From the human T2T-CHM13v2.0 reference genome, Homo sapiens, in the NCBI RefSeq assembly GCF_009914755.1, contig NC_060940.1: a DNA stretch of 64,000 bases. One strand, 5' to 3'. The notes beneath the pieces are model-generated. The model was not told the DNA's origin. It ran no database searches and saw nothing but the letters and a program-made list of their open reading frames with translations. Each line of letters starts with the position of its first letter. The first letter of the stretch is position 1. A program made the translations under genes and the position numbers. This document shows, piece by piece, positions 26,690 through 40,955 of this stretch.

Positions 26690-27010
26690 CCTATAGCTCT
26701 GCATTTCTGGGCAAATTTCACCGATTTCTCAGAACCCCAGTTTCCTTTTCCCCCCAAACCCAAGAGTTTAAACTAGATGATAGTAACAATAACTTATTGA
26801 AAGTTTACTATATGGACACTTTAAACATACAATTTTGTTTAATCTTCAAAGCACCCTCCTTACAAAGGAGATGCTTGTGTCATTTCTACTTTACATACAA
26901 CATAATTGAAGTTCAGGGAGTTCCAGTGTGGATGAATGATAAATTCATTCATCATTCGATGGTTTGAATCCAGGAAACTTGACTTTAGATCCCGCTTGCT
27001 TAACCACTCA
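26690..27010. mobile_element. MIR fragments
   Basis: tgggcaaatttcac..ttctcagaaccccagtttcct and tttgaatccagg..tgactttagatccc..ttaaccact. Confidence 0.6.
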
Positions 27011-27479
27011 TCCGTACTCCCTGATTAATCTCTAACATCTCCTTTTACTCAAAGATCCTTTGTTATCTCCTGAGATTTTCCCCTTTTGCCAACCCAGTTT
27101 CCATTTCTAAGACTCTCACCTGTTTACGTTGGATATAATGACATATATAAACCTGAATAAGAGAAAGAGGAGTAGAAAGAAGAAAAAAAAGATGGGAAAA
27201 TCCTGGAGTTTAAACTCCCTAACGGCCTTAGAAACTCTATAATCTATCCTCTTAATCCAGTTTTAATTATATCAATAAGTAGATGGGGCCTGGACTGTTT
27301 TTCAAGACAGTGCATAGTGTGTGAGTCATTCTCCATGCTACATCTTCCTTTTTAAAAGAATCCTACAAGAACTTATTAGTATGAACAAACCAAACAATTC
27401 AATTTTTTTTAAAATGCAGTATCCTTATAACAAGATTCAGTAGGATGGTCTGTGAAGTTTAGGAATCCTGCAGGCATCA

Positions 27480-28480
27480 ACTGGGAATTGTCCTGACAGC
27501 TCACAGTCGGCCCAAGCCTCTGACTTCAGCCAAAGGCAAGGAATCGAACCTCCCGTGAAGAAAAGCAAGAGCTTGGGGCTCAGCTGCTTATCAAAATGAA
27601 GCACTGCACCCCCCACCCATGATGTCGGCAAGAGATTAATCCATAAATCAGAAGCAATTTTAATTTTTAAAAAGTAGAGGATGAAAGACCTACTTGGAGC
27701 AGACAAGCTTCCTCATCATAAAATGATGGTGGAACTTGTCATCAGCGAGGCACTCGCCCCTCTCCCACGGCCGGGTGACAGTGGCTGGCTCCTGTTGGGT
27801 CCTGATAGCACATGCCAAGATGAACTTCTGACCACTCTCCACCGCTTAGAGAGGCTCACCGGCAACTAAAATTAGATTGGCTTCTATTCCAAGCCCAGGG
27901 TTCCTCCATGGCTGACTTTCTTTTGTAAGAGTCTGTGATGGCAGCTTGTTTGATTTAAAGAAAATCAATGAAGAGTTACATGAGAAGGAAGAAAACAGAA
28001 GACCAGGTATTCCCAGGTTAAGATAAAAGTCCAAATAAAGGGCACTGCACATGGTCTCACTCTCTCTTTCTCTTTCCCTCAAAGCAAAAAGAATAAGAAG
28101 CTTTTGAGTGTAAAGTGGAAACCGTTTTTGTTGGAGGGGTAGCATTTTCTTCATCTTTAGAGTATAATCTGATAGGCCTAATCCGGTAAAAATTGCAGCT
28201 ACTCTCAATGGAATGACTGACACGGGCTAGAATGGATGAGAAAAATAATGTGATCGTGAAAGGTGGCTTTTGGTCCGTGCCGGGCCTGAGATCATTCACA
28301 CGACATGAGCTTGCGTCTGTCTTCTTCCCCTTCCTGGCAATAATAGGGTGTGTACAAGACAAGACAAATGCACAGGCAGATTGATCCTCCTCCCGCCCTT
28401 CACTGGGGAGGGAGACCAAGCTGACCTTGGCCTCTGACCAGGTGCAACCCCTCGGCTGCACAATTAGGTTAGCTGAATCA
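27480..28480. promoter_or_regulatory. Candidate enhancer, CpG-retaining
   Basis: about 20 CpG per kb in repeat-free DNA; PBX-HOX CCATAAATCA 27641-27650; TGACAG sites. Confidence 0.35.
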
Positions 28481-29379
28481 GAAAGAGTTGCAAGAATAGG
28501 ATGACATTTCTAAGCTTGGGTCCGGAAAGCCCAGGCTTTCCTAGAAACCACCCACCCCCACCACCCCTGCCCCACCCCCGCTCCTAACATCAGGAACCCA
28601 CTCCTTCTCCCCCCAGGGCATTTTGCTGAGTCTCCTCAAGCCCCTATTGTGTGTATTATTTATGATCTTGGTGCCTTTTCTTTTCAGGGTATTGGTCCAT
28701 AATAGTGCCGTGTATGTTATTTATGACGCAAGGAATAACTTAAACCACATTAGGAACCTCAACATTATGGGGACTTTAGAGAGCTACATTTTTCTAGTTA
28801 TGGTTAAACTACTGCAGTGATAAATCCAATCGTAAGAGTGCAAGAGGGAATGCATGGGACAGGTGTTACCCATTAGTCACCATAAGGAAATGCAGGAACA
28901 AACGTGGGCTTACAGATGCTTCAGTGTCTCTTCTGAAGAACGGCTGTGGGAATCTGAAACGGTGAGGGGCAGGGGGCTTCTGAAAGCCAGTAATGGGAAA
29001 AGATGGGTATGGCTGGGGTGGAAAGGGAGGGAAGGGTTGCCTGTAACATGCAGAGGACAGAGAAACAAAGAGCAGAAGTCTGTCTATTTCACACTCTCAT
29101 CAGGAATTCCGTGGGGTCCCTCGTGTCTGTGAGTGTGCTTCCACTGCAGACTGGATAGCAACCCTAACTCTGCAATACCACTACCCATTAGGAATAAGGA
29201 TCCCTTCGGCCTCCATAAGAAGGCCAAGCCAGAAGTCAGATTCTCAGAACATCAGCTGTGGATGTCAGTACTGCAGCAACTTACTCTTTTTCTACAATTC
29301 AGTTTTTTCGTCTATGAAAATCAGAAAAGTATTTCCCCTTCTCTCTCCCCATGAGGACAGTAGGGAATGTTTTTTTTTA

Positions 29380-30170
29380 ATTCAGTAAATATTTATTGGG
29401 CACCCACCAAGGCTAAGCAATGTGTTAGGCATTGAGATAAAATGGGAGTAAGACACCAACAAGATAGTCAGAGTTTAGTGGAGGAAACAGACCCCAAACG
29501 ATATTATTATTATGTGAGGGCATTTGTGATGAAAATATGTAAATGGTATTATTATTGGAGCACAGAGTTGGAGGGTTCCCTGCAGGAAGCAGCATTTCAC
29601 CAGCGTGAAGTGATCAAACCTGGACCATGTGTCTGGTCTCAAGGTGGATGTGACAACCTTTATCCGCTCTCCTGTGTCCAAGAAGCCCAGGAAACCTTGA
29701 TGCCATTCTGATTTTGTGACTCACTGGGACAAAAGTCAGCCTTCAGTTTATCTTTATACTCCATAAAGCTTCAGGTAAGCAACTTTAAAACACAGAAATT
29801 ATTTCAGTGAAAATGCCTAAAGCTCCTTAAGCATAAGTTTCAAATACCCCAGGTACAAACAATGCACATACACTCTCAGGATTGGCAGACATTTGCAAGA
29901 CATGACCCGTTGTTCAGAACATGATGTCCTGCCCAAAATCCTGAACAATTCTCTCAAATGCCTCTGAAATAAGGAGCTCAATTCTTCCCAAAGGGGCCCA
30001 TTCCACCTTTGCACAGCCCTGGTTGTTACAATGTTCATTGTGTTGAGATTTCTAATGGTGGGAACTGAAATGTTACTAGAAATTCATTCATTCATTCATT
30101 CATTCAACAGATATTAAATACCGACTCTAAGTGAGGCATTGTGCTTAGTGCTAAGAATTCAGTAGTCAAT
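29380..30170 (-). mobile_element. L2 3' ends and an L3/CR1 fragment
   Basis: attcagtaaatatttattggg, (TTCA)n tail, cccattccacctttgcacagccctggttgttacaatgttc. Confidence 0.5.
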
Positions 30171-30929
30171 ATTAATGATATAAAGCAACTTCACCACAGA
30201 GTTCTCAGAGATAACAGTTTTCTAACCTAGCTCAAATTCAGTCTTCTTTGAAGATAATACAACTAAACTCTGTTAGGAGATGTGCAACCCAGGCTTTAAT
30301 TGTTTAGTCATTCTTTACTCAGCTGATAACAGGGTGGCTCATAAGTACAGCAACAAGCAAGACACACATGGACACGGCCTTCGTGGGGCATACCATCTGG
30401 TTGTTGGGGATAGCCCACCCAAAATTCAAGTATTTTAATTACAGCTTTGCTAAGAGCTAGGGGAAGGATAAGTGGCCTGGTCTGAATACACAGGCGGATC
30501 TAACAGGGTCACAGGGATGCATTATTCAGGGTTGCTTCCTTCTCACTGGACTTCACTGCTGTAGGGAGTCCTCTGCTCTTATTCTCCTTTGCTTGTCCAT
30601 AGCACTACCTACAATTTGGAATTATTTATGCATTTGCTTAGTTTTGTATCTCCCCCTCGCACTTTGAGTTCTATAGGAATGCAGACCATATCTATTTTGT
30701 ATATCATTGGATCTTCACCTCTTGGTTTTATACAGTATGCTGTAAGGCAGATACTATTATCCCCATTTTACAAAAGACAAAACTGAGGCTCAGCCATAGA
30801 TGTGGGTGGTGCATGGGCATTACAAGTTAATCCAGGTCTACCTGATACCAAAGCCTCACTGTTAACCACTGTGCTTTCCCCTGATGCCATTGGTGATTCA
30901 TACTTGTTAAGCTGGTATATTTGTTATGA

Positions 30930-31330
30930 CATAGGTGAGGATGATTTAACCAAGATACTAAAACTAATACTGACTTAAACAAGACAGAAGTCTATTTCTC
31001 TCTTACATGAAAGTCTAGGGTAGGTGTAGTGGCCGCATATTTTTATTGGCAATTAAGATCCTTCTCTCTTGATGCTTTGCCGTCTTTAACACGTGACTCC
31101 CATCACATGAGCCAAAGTGGGTGATCCCTCTTCTACCTGCACCATCACATTCTGCCAGTGGGAAGGGAATAAAGCAAAGGAGGGACCTGTCCCTCTCCTT
31201 TAAGGACATGACCTGGAAGTTGCACATATCACTTCTATTCACATTTTATTGGCCAGATTTTAGTCACATGACCATACCTAGCTGCAAGGGAAGCTGAGAA
31301 ATGTACACTGGGAAGCCCATACACCCTGCT
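30930..31330 (-). mobile_element. MLT1 (I/J-like) LTR
   Basis: atatcacttctattcacattttattggccagattttagtcacatgaccatacctagctgcaagggaagctgagaaatgta. Confidence 0.7.
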
Positions 31331-31753
31331 AAAAATTCTTGTTAAATAGGAAAGACAGAGAGCTATCCCTGAAACCTGGCTTTAGGAATTACAGAGAAGT
31401 ATGGGGAAAGAAAAGTTAAAAAGAGGAGGCAGAAATAGAAACTATTTTAGGTGAGATAAACTCTTTAAGGACTCCCTACTCATTCAAGTCTTCTAAGTTC
31501 CTTCCCCTGAGGCTTTATTTCTGAAATGGGATCCTTGATTCTCATAAACCCTTAAACTGGAGGATACTTTGGTTTCCAGTATTATGGGCCCAATTCTATA
31601 AGCTATGCCCTTTGAGTTTTGTGAATGAAGGAAGAATATCAAAGGGAGAACGAGTCCATTTTCCAAAGGCAGAATTTTGCTTACCAGAGCTAACTGATAT
31701 TTGGGATTGTCTTGGTCTTACAGGAAAAAAAAAAAAGTAGAAAGTGGGATTCC

Positions 31754-34700
31754 CAGAGCTATCAGAAGACAAGAAATAACCAAGATCAGAGAGGAACTAA
31801 AGGAGATAGAGACACTAAAAACTCTTCAAAACATCAATGAATCCAGGAGCTGTTTTTTTTTTTTAAAAAAAAATTAATAAAACAGACAACTGGCTAGATG
31901 AATAAAGAAGAAAAGAAAGAAGAATCAAGTAGATACAATAAAAAATGATAAAGAGGATGTCACTACTTACTCCACAGAAATACCATCAGAGAATACTATA
32001 AACACCTCTATGGAAATAAACTACAAATTCTAGAAGAAATGGATAAATTCCTGGACACATAAGCTTTCCCAAGACTGAACCAGAAAGAAATTGAATCCCT
32101 GAGTAGATCAATAACGAGTTCTGAAATTGAGGCAGTAATAAATCGCCTACCAATCAAAAAATGCCGAGGACCAGACGGATTTACAGCTGAATTTTACCAG
32201 AGGTACAAAAAGGAGCTGGTACCATTCCTTCTGAAACTATTCCAAACAATAGAAAAAGAGGGAATCCTCCCTAAATCATTTTATGAGGCCAGCATCATCC
32301 TGATACCAAAACCTGGCAGCATCATCCTGATACCAAAACCTGGCAGCATCATCCTGATACCAAAACCTGACAAAAAAAGAAAACTTCAGACCAATATGAA
32401 CATCAATGTAAAAATCCTCAACAAAATACTGAAAGACCAAATCTAGCAGCACATCAAAAAGCTTATCCACTATAATCAAGTTGGCTTGATTGCCGGGTTG
32501 CAAGGCTGGTTCAAGATATGCAAATCAATAAATGTAATTCATTACATAAACAGAACTAAAGACAAAAAACACATGATTTTCTCAATAGATGCAGAAAAGG
32601 CCTTCATAAAATTCAACATCCCTTCATGTTAAAACTCTCAATAAAGAAAGGTACATTTGAGGAATGTACCTCAAAATAATAAGAGCCATTTATGACAAAT
32701 CCATAGCCAATATCATACTAAATGGGCAAAAGCTGGAAGCATTCCCCTTGAAAACTGCCACAAGACAAGGATGCCCTCTTTCACCACCCCTATTCAACAT
32801 AGTATTTGGAAGCTCTGGCCAGGGCAATCAGGCAAGAAAAAGAAAAAAAAAAAAAGGGTATTAAAAGAGGAAGAGAGGAGGTCAAATTGTCCATGTTTGC
32901 AGATGACATGATTCTTTATCTAGAAAACCTCATCATCTCAGCCCAAAAGTTTCTTAAGCTGATAAGCAACTTCGGCAAAGCCTCAGGATACAAAATCAAT
33001 GTGCAAAAATCATAAGCATTCCTATACATCAACAACAGACAAGCAGAGAGTCAAATCATGAATGAACTCCCATTCATAATTGCTACAAAAAAAAATAAAA
33101 TACATAGGAATACAGCTAACAGGGGAAGTGAAGGACCTCTTCAAGGAGAACTACAAACAACTGCTCAAGGAAGTAAGAGAGGACAGATGGAAAAACATTC
33201 CATGCTCATGGATAGGAAGAATCAATATTGTGAAAATGACCATACCATACTGCCCAAAGTAATTTATACATTCAATGCTATTCCCATTAAACTCCAATTG
33301 ACATTCTTCAGAGAATTAGATAAAACTACTTTAAAATTCATATGGAACCAAAAAGAGCCCATATAGCCAAGACAATCTTAAGCAAAAACAACAAAGCTGG
33401 AGGTGTCATGCTACCTGACTTCAAACTATACTACAAGGCTATAGTAATCAAAACAGCATAATACCAGTACAAAAACAGACACATAGACCAATGGAACAGA
33501 ATAAAGAACTCAGAAATAAGACTGCACATCTGCAACCATCTGATCTTCAACAAACCTGACAAAAACAAGAAATGGGAAAAGGACTCCCTATGTAATAAAT
33601 GGTGCTGGGATAACTGGTAGCCATATGCAGAAAATTGAAACTGGACCCCCTCCTTATGCCTTGTACAAAAATTAACTCAAGATGGATTAAAGACTTAAAT
33701 GTAAAGCCCTAAACCATAAAAACGCTAGAAAAAAATCTAGGGAATACCATTCAGGACATAGGCACGGGTAAAAATTTCACGACAAAGATGTCAAAAGCAA
33801 TTGCAACAAAAACCAAACTTGACAAATGGGACCTAATTAAACTGAAGAGCTTCTGACAGAAAAAGAAACTATCATCAGAGCAAACAGACAACCTACAGAA
33901 TGGGAGAAAATTTTTGCAATGTATCCATCTGACAAAGGTCTAATATCCAGAATCTATAAAGAACTTAAACAAATTTACAAGAAAAAAAAAAAAAACACCA
34001 TTAAAAAGTAGGCAAAGGACATGAACAGATGCTTCTCCAAAGAAGATATTTATGTGGCCAACAAACATATGAAAGAAAGCTCAACATCATTGATCATTAG
34101 AGAAATGCAAATCAAAACCGCAATGAGATACCATCTCATGCCAGTCAGAATGGCGATTATTAAAAAGTCAAGAAACAACAGATGCTGAAGAGGCTGTGGA
34201 GGAATGCTTTTACACTGTTAGTGGAAATGTAAATTAGTTCAACCATTGTGGAAGACAGTGTGGCGATTCCTTAAAGATCTAAAACCAGAAATACCCTTTG
34301 ACCCAGCAATCCCATTACTGGGAATATAACCAAAGTAATATAAATTATTCTATTATAAAGATACATGCACAAGTATGCTCATTGCGCACTACTCACAATA
34401 GCAAAGACATGGAATCAACCCAAATACCCATGAATGACAGACTGGATAAAGAAAATGTAGTACATATATACCATGGAATACTATGCAGCCATAAAAAGGA
34501 ATGAGATCATGTCCTTTGCAGGGACATGGATGGAGCAAGAAGCCATTATCCTCAGCAAACTAACATGGGAACAGAAAACCAAATACCACATGTTCTCACT
34601 TATAAGTGGGAGCTGAACAGTGTGAACACATAGACACAGGGAGGGGAATGACACAGATTGGGGCCTGATGGAGTGGAGCAGAGAGAGGGAGAACATCAGG

Positions 34701-34850
34701 AAAAATAGCTAATACATGCTGGGCTTAATACCTAGGTGATGGGTTGATAGGTGCAGCAAATCATAATGGCACATGTTTACCTAAGTAACAAACCTGCACA
34801 TCCTGCACATGTACCCTAGAACTTAAAATATTAATAAAATTTTTTTTAAA
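31754..34850 (+). mobile_element. 5'-truncated L1PA (approx. PA10-PA13), inactive ORF2 plus 3'UTR
   Basis: broken ORF2 frames ([16 protein letters not shown]); L1PA 3'UTR; TSD aagtgggattcc at both ends. Confidence 0.95.
32290..32369 (+). repeat. 27-bp x3 tandem repeat inside the L1
   Basis: cagcatcatcctgataccaaaacctgg at 32290, 32317 and 32344 (last copy 26 bp). Confidence 0.95.
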
Positions 34851-35449
34851 AAGGAAGTGGGATTCCTTCCCCTAAATATTTCCCCACTAATGTATTGTAA
34901 TAAAATATTGCTTAATCTCTTTACCTTGTCTCAAGTTCTCATACATTAAGTCTTTGAAAATTAAGATGTTACGAAAACAAACTAGGAGTCTTCAGTGTAC
35001 AGGATACAGTGTTTAAAATGTTATTTCCTAATTACAAAAAAAAATTATCCCTCTTGGCAACTGACCTATCATGTATTAAAGGCCTTGGAGAAGGCTGACA
35101 TCAAGTCTTACCAAATCTTTAAAAGTCTGGCACACTCACAAAATGAAAGCAATTTTGAAAAACAGAATGTAACTAATGGGCTTGAGTGAGGTGTGTAATT
35201 GTAAATCAATTCTAATTAATGTCTTCCCATTTCTTGGTTATTATCTGCATGAACCCATTTATGTGAACTCACAAATGATTCTGCCAAGCAGGAAGGAAAT
35301 GTAAGCTATTCTGAAAGACACTTCTTTTCCTGTTCCTTTCACCACATTTAATAGCTTAAAATAATAGGGTGGAGTTAACGGTGACATTTTTGGGGACCCT
35401 GGGCATCTTGGAGCATTGATGAGGTATGGAGGACACACCCATAGGTGAC

Positions 35450-35993
35450 ACTCAATGAGTCACACTCTCATATAACTCCCTCCTTTTGAATGGGTGTGGA
35501 ACCTGTTACTTGCTTCTTATTAACAGAATATAGCAATGGTGACAAGATTTTGTAGATATAATTAAAATCTCTCAGCAGGTGGCTTTAATCAAAAGAGATT
35601 ATCATAGGTGGGCCTGACCTAATCAGGGAAGTCCTTTAAAAGAGGGTCCTGGGGTCAGAGACTAAGCAGCAAAGATTCTCCCTCTCCCTTGCTGGCTTCG
35701 AAGAGGCAAGCTGCCATTAATTCTGCGACCAAAAGGAAATGAATTCTGTGAACAACCAGGGGCGGGGGGTGGGAGGACCATACTTGGAAGTGAATCCTTC
35801 CCTAGTAGATCCTCCAAATAAGAACACAGCCCAACCAACACCTTGATCTCAACCTTGTGAGACTCTAAGCAGAGAACCTAGCTCAGCAGGGCCCCAGACT
35901 CCTGACCTACAGAAACTGTGAGATCATAAATGGGTATTGTTTTAAGTCACTACATCTGTGATCATTTGTTACACAGGCATAGAAAACTAATAC
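35450..35993 (+). mobile_element. MLT1E-like LTR
   Basis: gagattatc..ggtgggcctgacctaatcag..cagaaactgtgagatcataaatgggtattgttttaag..gaaaactaatac. Confidence 0.75.
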
Positions 35994-38736
35994 GCAAGCT
36001 GTGCCAGTGTGTCAGACACCAGAGGGAGAGAGGTACAGAGCTCTTTGGAAGCAAATTTCCAATCCCTGCTCACTTCTTGCCCCCAACGCTTTTGCTCTTT
36101 GACATTGCTTGCTGCCATCCTGCCTTCAACCTCAAATCAGGTTTCTGCCTGTGATTCAATCTCTGGCTCCCTATGAGAAATCTTTTTTATATAAAATTAA
36201 TATATAAATAAATTTGCTCTTGGAGAGATGCAGTGTGGAACAGAACCTGCCAGGCTCTCTAACGTCCATCACAAAGAAAGACTGCAGAGGGGAGGGGGAA
36301 GGCAGAGCTTTATCCTCCATAGGGAAGCAGAGAATTCATAGTGATCTTATTGCAGATGTAAAATTAGGTCAGCGGCTCTGTAAACTGATTAAAGCTCATG
36401 CTTCACGCTTCCAAGGAAAACAGCCAATACAAAAGGGAATGATCCCTGGCTCAAGATGAGAAGGAAGGAGAGCTCTCTATGTTCGTAGTCCAGCCATATA
36501 GGATGCTTGGCCAAAATGAAGGTATAGAAAAGGAACAACCAAAGAAAGAACAGGTGGGAAATTTTCTAAAAGCAAAAACAGTAGACAGCCTTTGTAATAC
36601 TGCCACGTAGACACAAACCAGTGACTTGAGGTCCCAAAGTTTATGAGCCTAAGCCACCCTGCTTCTCCCTAAATTCATCTCCATCTCCAGCTCTTAGCCC
36701 TCTGATACCTATGCGTCTTGGATTTGACAGGCAGCCAGATTTTAAATCTTCTGTTTTGTGTCCTCTAGAAGTCAATGCCTCACCAGTTCAGGATTATCTC
36801 AACGCCTGGATCAGGATACACAGTTTGATCTGAAGACTCTTTTCCCATCCCCATTTTTCTCTAGGGTATTACCCCAACTTTATTTCTTCCTCTTTCCTCT
36901 TCCCCGAAATGTCTGCCTTTCGTTTCCTTCTCAAAGTTGCTAAAAGGCCACCTTCATTTCCCTTAAATCCTAGCCTTGCCCTCCTGCTTCCAGGATGATG
37001 CTTTAAAAAACAAAACTCATTCACATTGATTGATCTGTCTCATGGGTTACCCAAGCAACCGAAGTCACTACCTAAGGGTTAGAAAAAAAAAGACAGATTC
37101 TCTAGAGCAAATGGGTGGTGGTTGTTTTTGCAGTGCTAATCTGTCTTGTTTGAATGGGAAACATTTTGAGTTACTAAAATATCTTTACCTTTTTAAAAAT
37201 GTGTGTATATGGGGGAAATATGAACTTTGTGAAGCATGCAGTAAATCTGATCTTATACACTGATCTAACTACCTGTGAAGAGAATATCCTGCTTATGTAC
37301 TTGATTTACACAAGATAGAATAGAAAGAATTGTGAGGCTAGTTAAGGCTGTGGATCAACTGTTCATGGCTCTTGGGCCCAATGCCTCCATTTAGACTTTA
37401 AATCAAACATCAGGAAAGGACACCTGGGACTTGAGTCAGTTACATATTCATTTCAGTAGTGACCAGAGTCATTCAGCTCATTTTTGGTTCAAGGCCAGTT
37501 ATCAGTCCAAACTAACTTGGGAAAACACTGCCCAAATTCTTTGCTCCACACAGAACAGAAAATAGCAGGTCTAATTTGAGTTCCACAAAAAATAATGGGC
37601 TTAGTTTGGATACAACTGTGAAAGAAGTTTCAATGCCAAGTAAAGGTGCTCTATTTTTCCGGATGGAGATGTATGTTCTGAAACCTGGTTCATGTGTTTC
37701 TGCCTCAACCCTTGGCCACACCACTGGCCAGGAGGCTTACGTAAGACTGGCTGCTGTGACTGAGTTCTATGGATAGTGAGTAGAATAAAGCCTGAGGCTT
37801 ACTCTCAGTTCATTTCAATACAGTTTCAGGTTTTGGGAATTGGGGAGAAAAGAAAAATTAAAACTCCTGACCTATCTAGTCCCTGGAGCAGAATTTTTTC
37901 ACACAGATGCATCATATGGCATTGAAGAAAAGAGTTCTCCCAATCCCACCCCTTGCCCCCAGTAAAATCCGTTACGGAAAAAGCATTCTGTTCCAATGTC
38001 ACTTTAGTCCCTCATAGTGACAGCGTGCATAAAATCCAGTTTTATAAAATTAGCTAAAATAAAACCATGCAGCAGCAACTTTTCTTAGGTAATGTAACCC
38101 CTACCTGTCCTCAAAGGCCTGTTGACTCCTTGTATCACAATTTTAAGATATTTTAACTTAAAATCTCTTGTTTCTTCTGCGAAATAAATGGCCCAGGTAT
38201 ATCGCCAGGGTGACTGCCTATACATCTCTCTTGGGTCTTTTAGGACATACTGGATCTTTCTGGGTATCATCAAACTTCTCCATCCAAGAATAAGGGACAG
38301 CAGCATCTCTTTGACATCCATAGCCCATTTCTGCTTTGCCAATATCACTTGTGCATCTGGGGCCACCAATGCATCCTATCCTAGCAAGTATCAATGGGAA
38401 TAAAGAAGAAACTTAGAAAACGACAAAATTCAAGAAGAGCTGAAGCTCTGGAGCTAGCTTTGGTGGAGAAAGAATGATGCGGGATGTTGGACTAAGCGAG
38501 AAATGCATAAGAAGGTGAGTGGAAACATAACAGTCAGTCCAGCTGTTTAAAGCACCTATCACTCAGGACAGGACTGCAGACCAGAAGTGACATGGGTCCC
38601 CAGGAGTTGTCGCCACTCACTGTGCCCAGGTTAGCTGGCACTAAAGGAAGCTCATGGAAAATGATCTGATCTGAGAAAAGTGACTTAATTCCAAGCCATT
38701 CAAAATCATTATCTCAGAGGACATTTATGGTGTTAA

Positions 38737-39131
<395 letters not shown>

Positions 39132-39671
39132 TATATCACTCTCCTTGTCCATAATAATGCTTTATCAAGAATACATTCATGCTCAGCAGAAGAATCTTCT
39201 CTTTATAAGGTAAAATTATTTGGATTTGAGGAAAAGTGATGAGGACTGCAGGTACCAGAAGCATCATGTTGTAAAGTAGAGAGTACTACATGAGAATTAT
39301 AAGATTTGGAGATTATCCTTACTGTTTATTTCTCAGTTTTCTTGAGCTAAGAAAGAATAAACACAAAAGAAGAATTCTTTTTCTGACCTTCCCAAAATAG
39401 AAAACAAGATATATAATAGATGGTGATGTAGGTTTGTTTTCTTGTAATATTTTCCAGGGCAATTAAGAGAAATATATTACATAGTTCCAAGACCACGACC
39501 AGATTCTTGTGGATCTTCCTGTGTCCATTCTTTTCTCTCTTGTTTCTTTCAAATTCACCTAGAGGTACTGGGTCTCAGTTCTGCCATTTATGAGCTATGT
39601 GATCTGCGATGGGAGACTTAACCTCTGTGAGACCTGTAGTCTTACGTAATCAGCTGATAGTAGTACCCATT

Positions 39672-40209
39672 TGTACCAGTCAGAGCCCCAGCAGGAAGCA
39701 GATGGCACTCTCAAAATGATTTGAGATTGCAACAAAGGGACTAATTGCAAAGGTGAGGCAGAGTTTAAGGAAACAAGACAGGGTGAAGCACCTTAATGCT
39801 AGCAAACGTAGGGAGCTTTTACATCCCTAGATCTGAAGAGGCATGGCACACGGGTAATTCCTACAACCTTAGAAGAGTAGCCACATGAGAAGGGTACCAG
39901 AAAGGATCCAGGGCCTTCGGTCAAAGTGATGCTACCAACCCTTGGCCACTTACTGTGGAATAAACACCCCAACCTTTCCCTCCTATCACTCTCTAATCCA
40001 GTCTTGATCCAAAGACTGTGTTCCCTCTGTCTTAGATTATAAAGTTCAATCCCTTGATGGGACTTTTCTCCCATTTGTCAAATCCAGCTGGAAACCAGAA
40101 AGCAAGGAGACCCACTAACATGGTCTACTCTGGTCGGCCTCTGGGCACAAAGGAGGGTGAAGAAAGGATAGGAGCAGACATGGAGGCACCAATGGAAAGT
40201 ACCAGAACA
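39672..40209 (-). mobile_element. LTR41-like LTR
   Basis: tgtaccagtcagagccccagcaggaagcagatggcactctcaaa..; homologous to 59757-60220. Confidence 0.6.
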
Positions 40210-40771
40210 CTTAAAAAATTGAACTTTTATGTTATTACTCAATGTTACTTTTATATTATTAATCAGTATTTACTGAGCCCAACCCCTATGATAGTTCTAC
40301 AATGTATTACTCTTAAAATCTAAGCTAGACCTGAAATCCTATATTCTGTTTTAAGCTATTACCTCTCAATAGGAAAAGAGAGGTGTTGAGTGTCACCTTA
40401 ATCCTTCCTGAGATAAACATTCAAATCAATCTCTCTACAGATTGCCCATAACCTTGTTCTTGTCTGTATTAATACATTCCTGTTGTCTGTCTTTATTTCT
40501 GTTTACACTATGTAAATGTTATAGAATCATCAAACTTTAGAAATAGATTTGAGATAACAGATTAAATTAGGGATACCAACTACTCTTTCATTCCACAGAT
40601 ATTTACTGAGCCTGGATTTTATCATCCATGCCAACTATAAGTGATGAGTAGTGGCGACCTACAGCATTGCACTGAGAGAAACTGAAAGCTGTACTCATAC
40701 AAGCTAGGAAACTGACTATTCCAGCTGAGGGAAAGGAAGAGTGAACCCACATACCAGAAACCTACTTTATC

Positions 40772-40955
40772 TCGCCAAACACAAATATGGGATGCCTAGT
40801 TAAGTTTGAAGTTCAGATAAACAATGAATCATTTTTGGTACAAATATGCCCCATGCCATATTTGGGGCATGTACTTAAAAAATGATTCATTGTTTATCTG
40901 AAATTCGAACTAAACTGGGCATCCTGTATTTTTACTTGCTGAATCTGGCAAGCCT
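40772..40955. mobile_element. MER53 palindromic MITE
   Basis: 25-bp perfect inverted arms 40812-40836 / 40878-40902; end ctgggcatcctgtatt..aatctggcaagcct. Confidence 0.85.

Noticed and set aside
28245-28296. Possible C/D snoRNA (tgatc..ctga gatca)
   Set aside because: No RTGATGA C box after the 5' stem.
32290-32369. 27-bp repeats as a CRISPR-like array
   Set aside because: No spacers, head-to-tail tandem copies, L1-derived, eukaryotic context.
32664-33366. ORFs with reverse-transcriptase motifs
   Set aside because: Frameshifted pieces of L1 ORF2 in a 5'-truncated dead element, not a gene.
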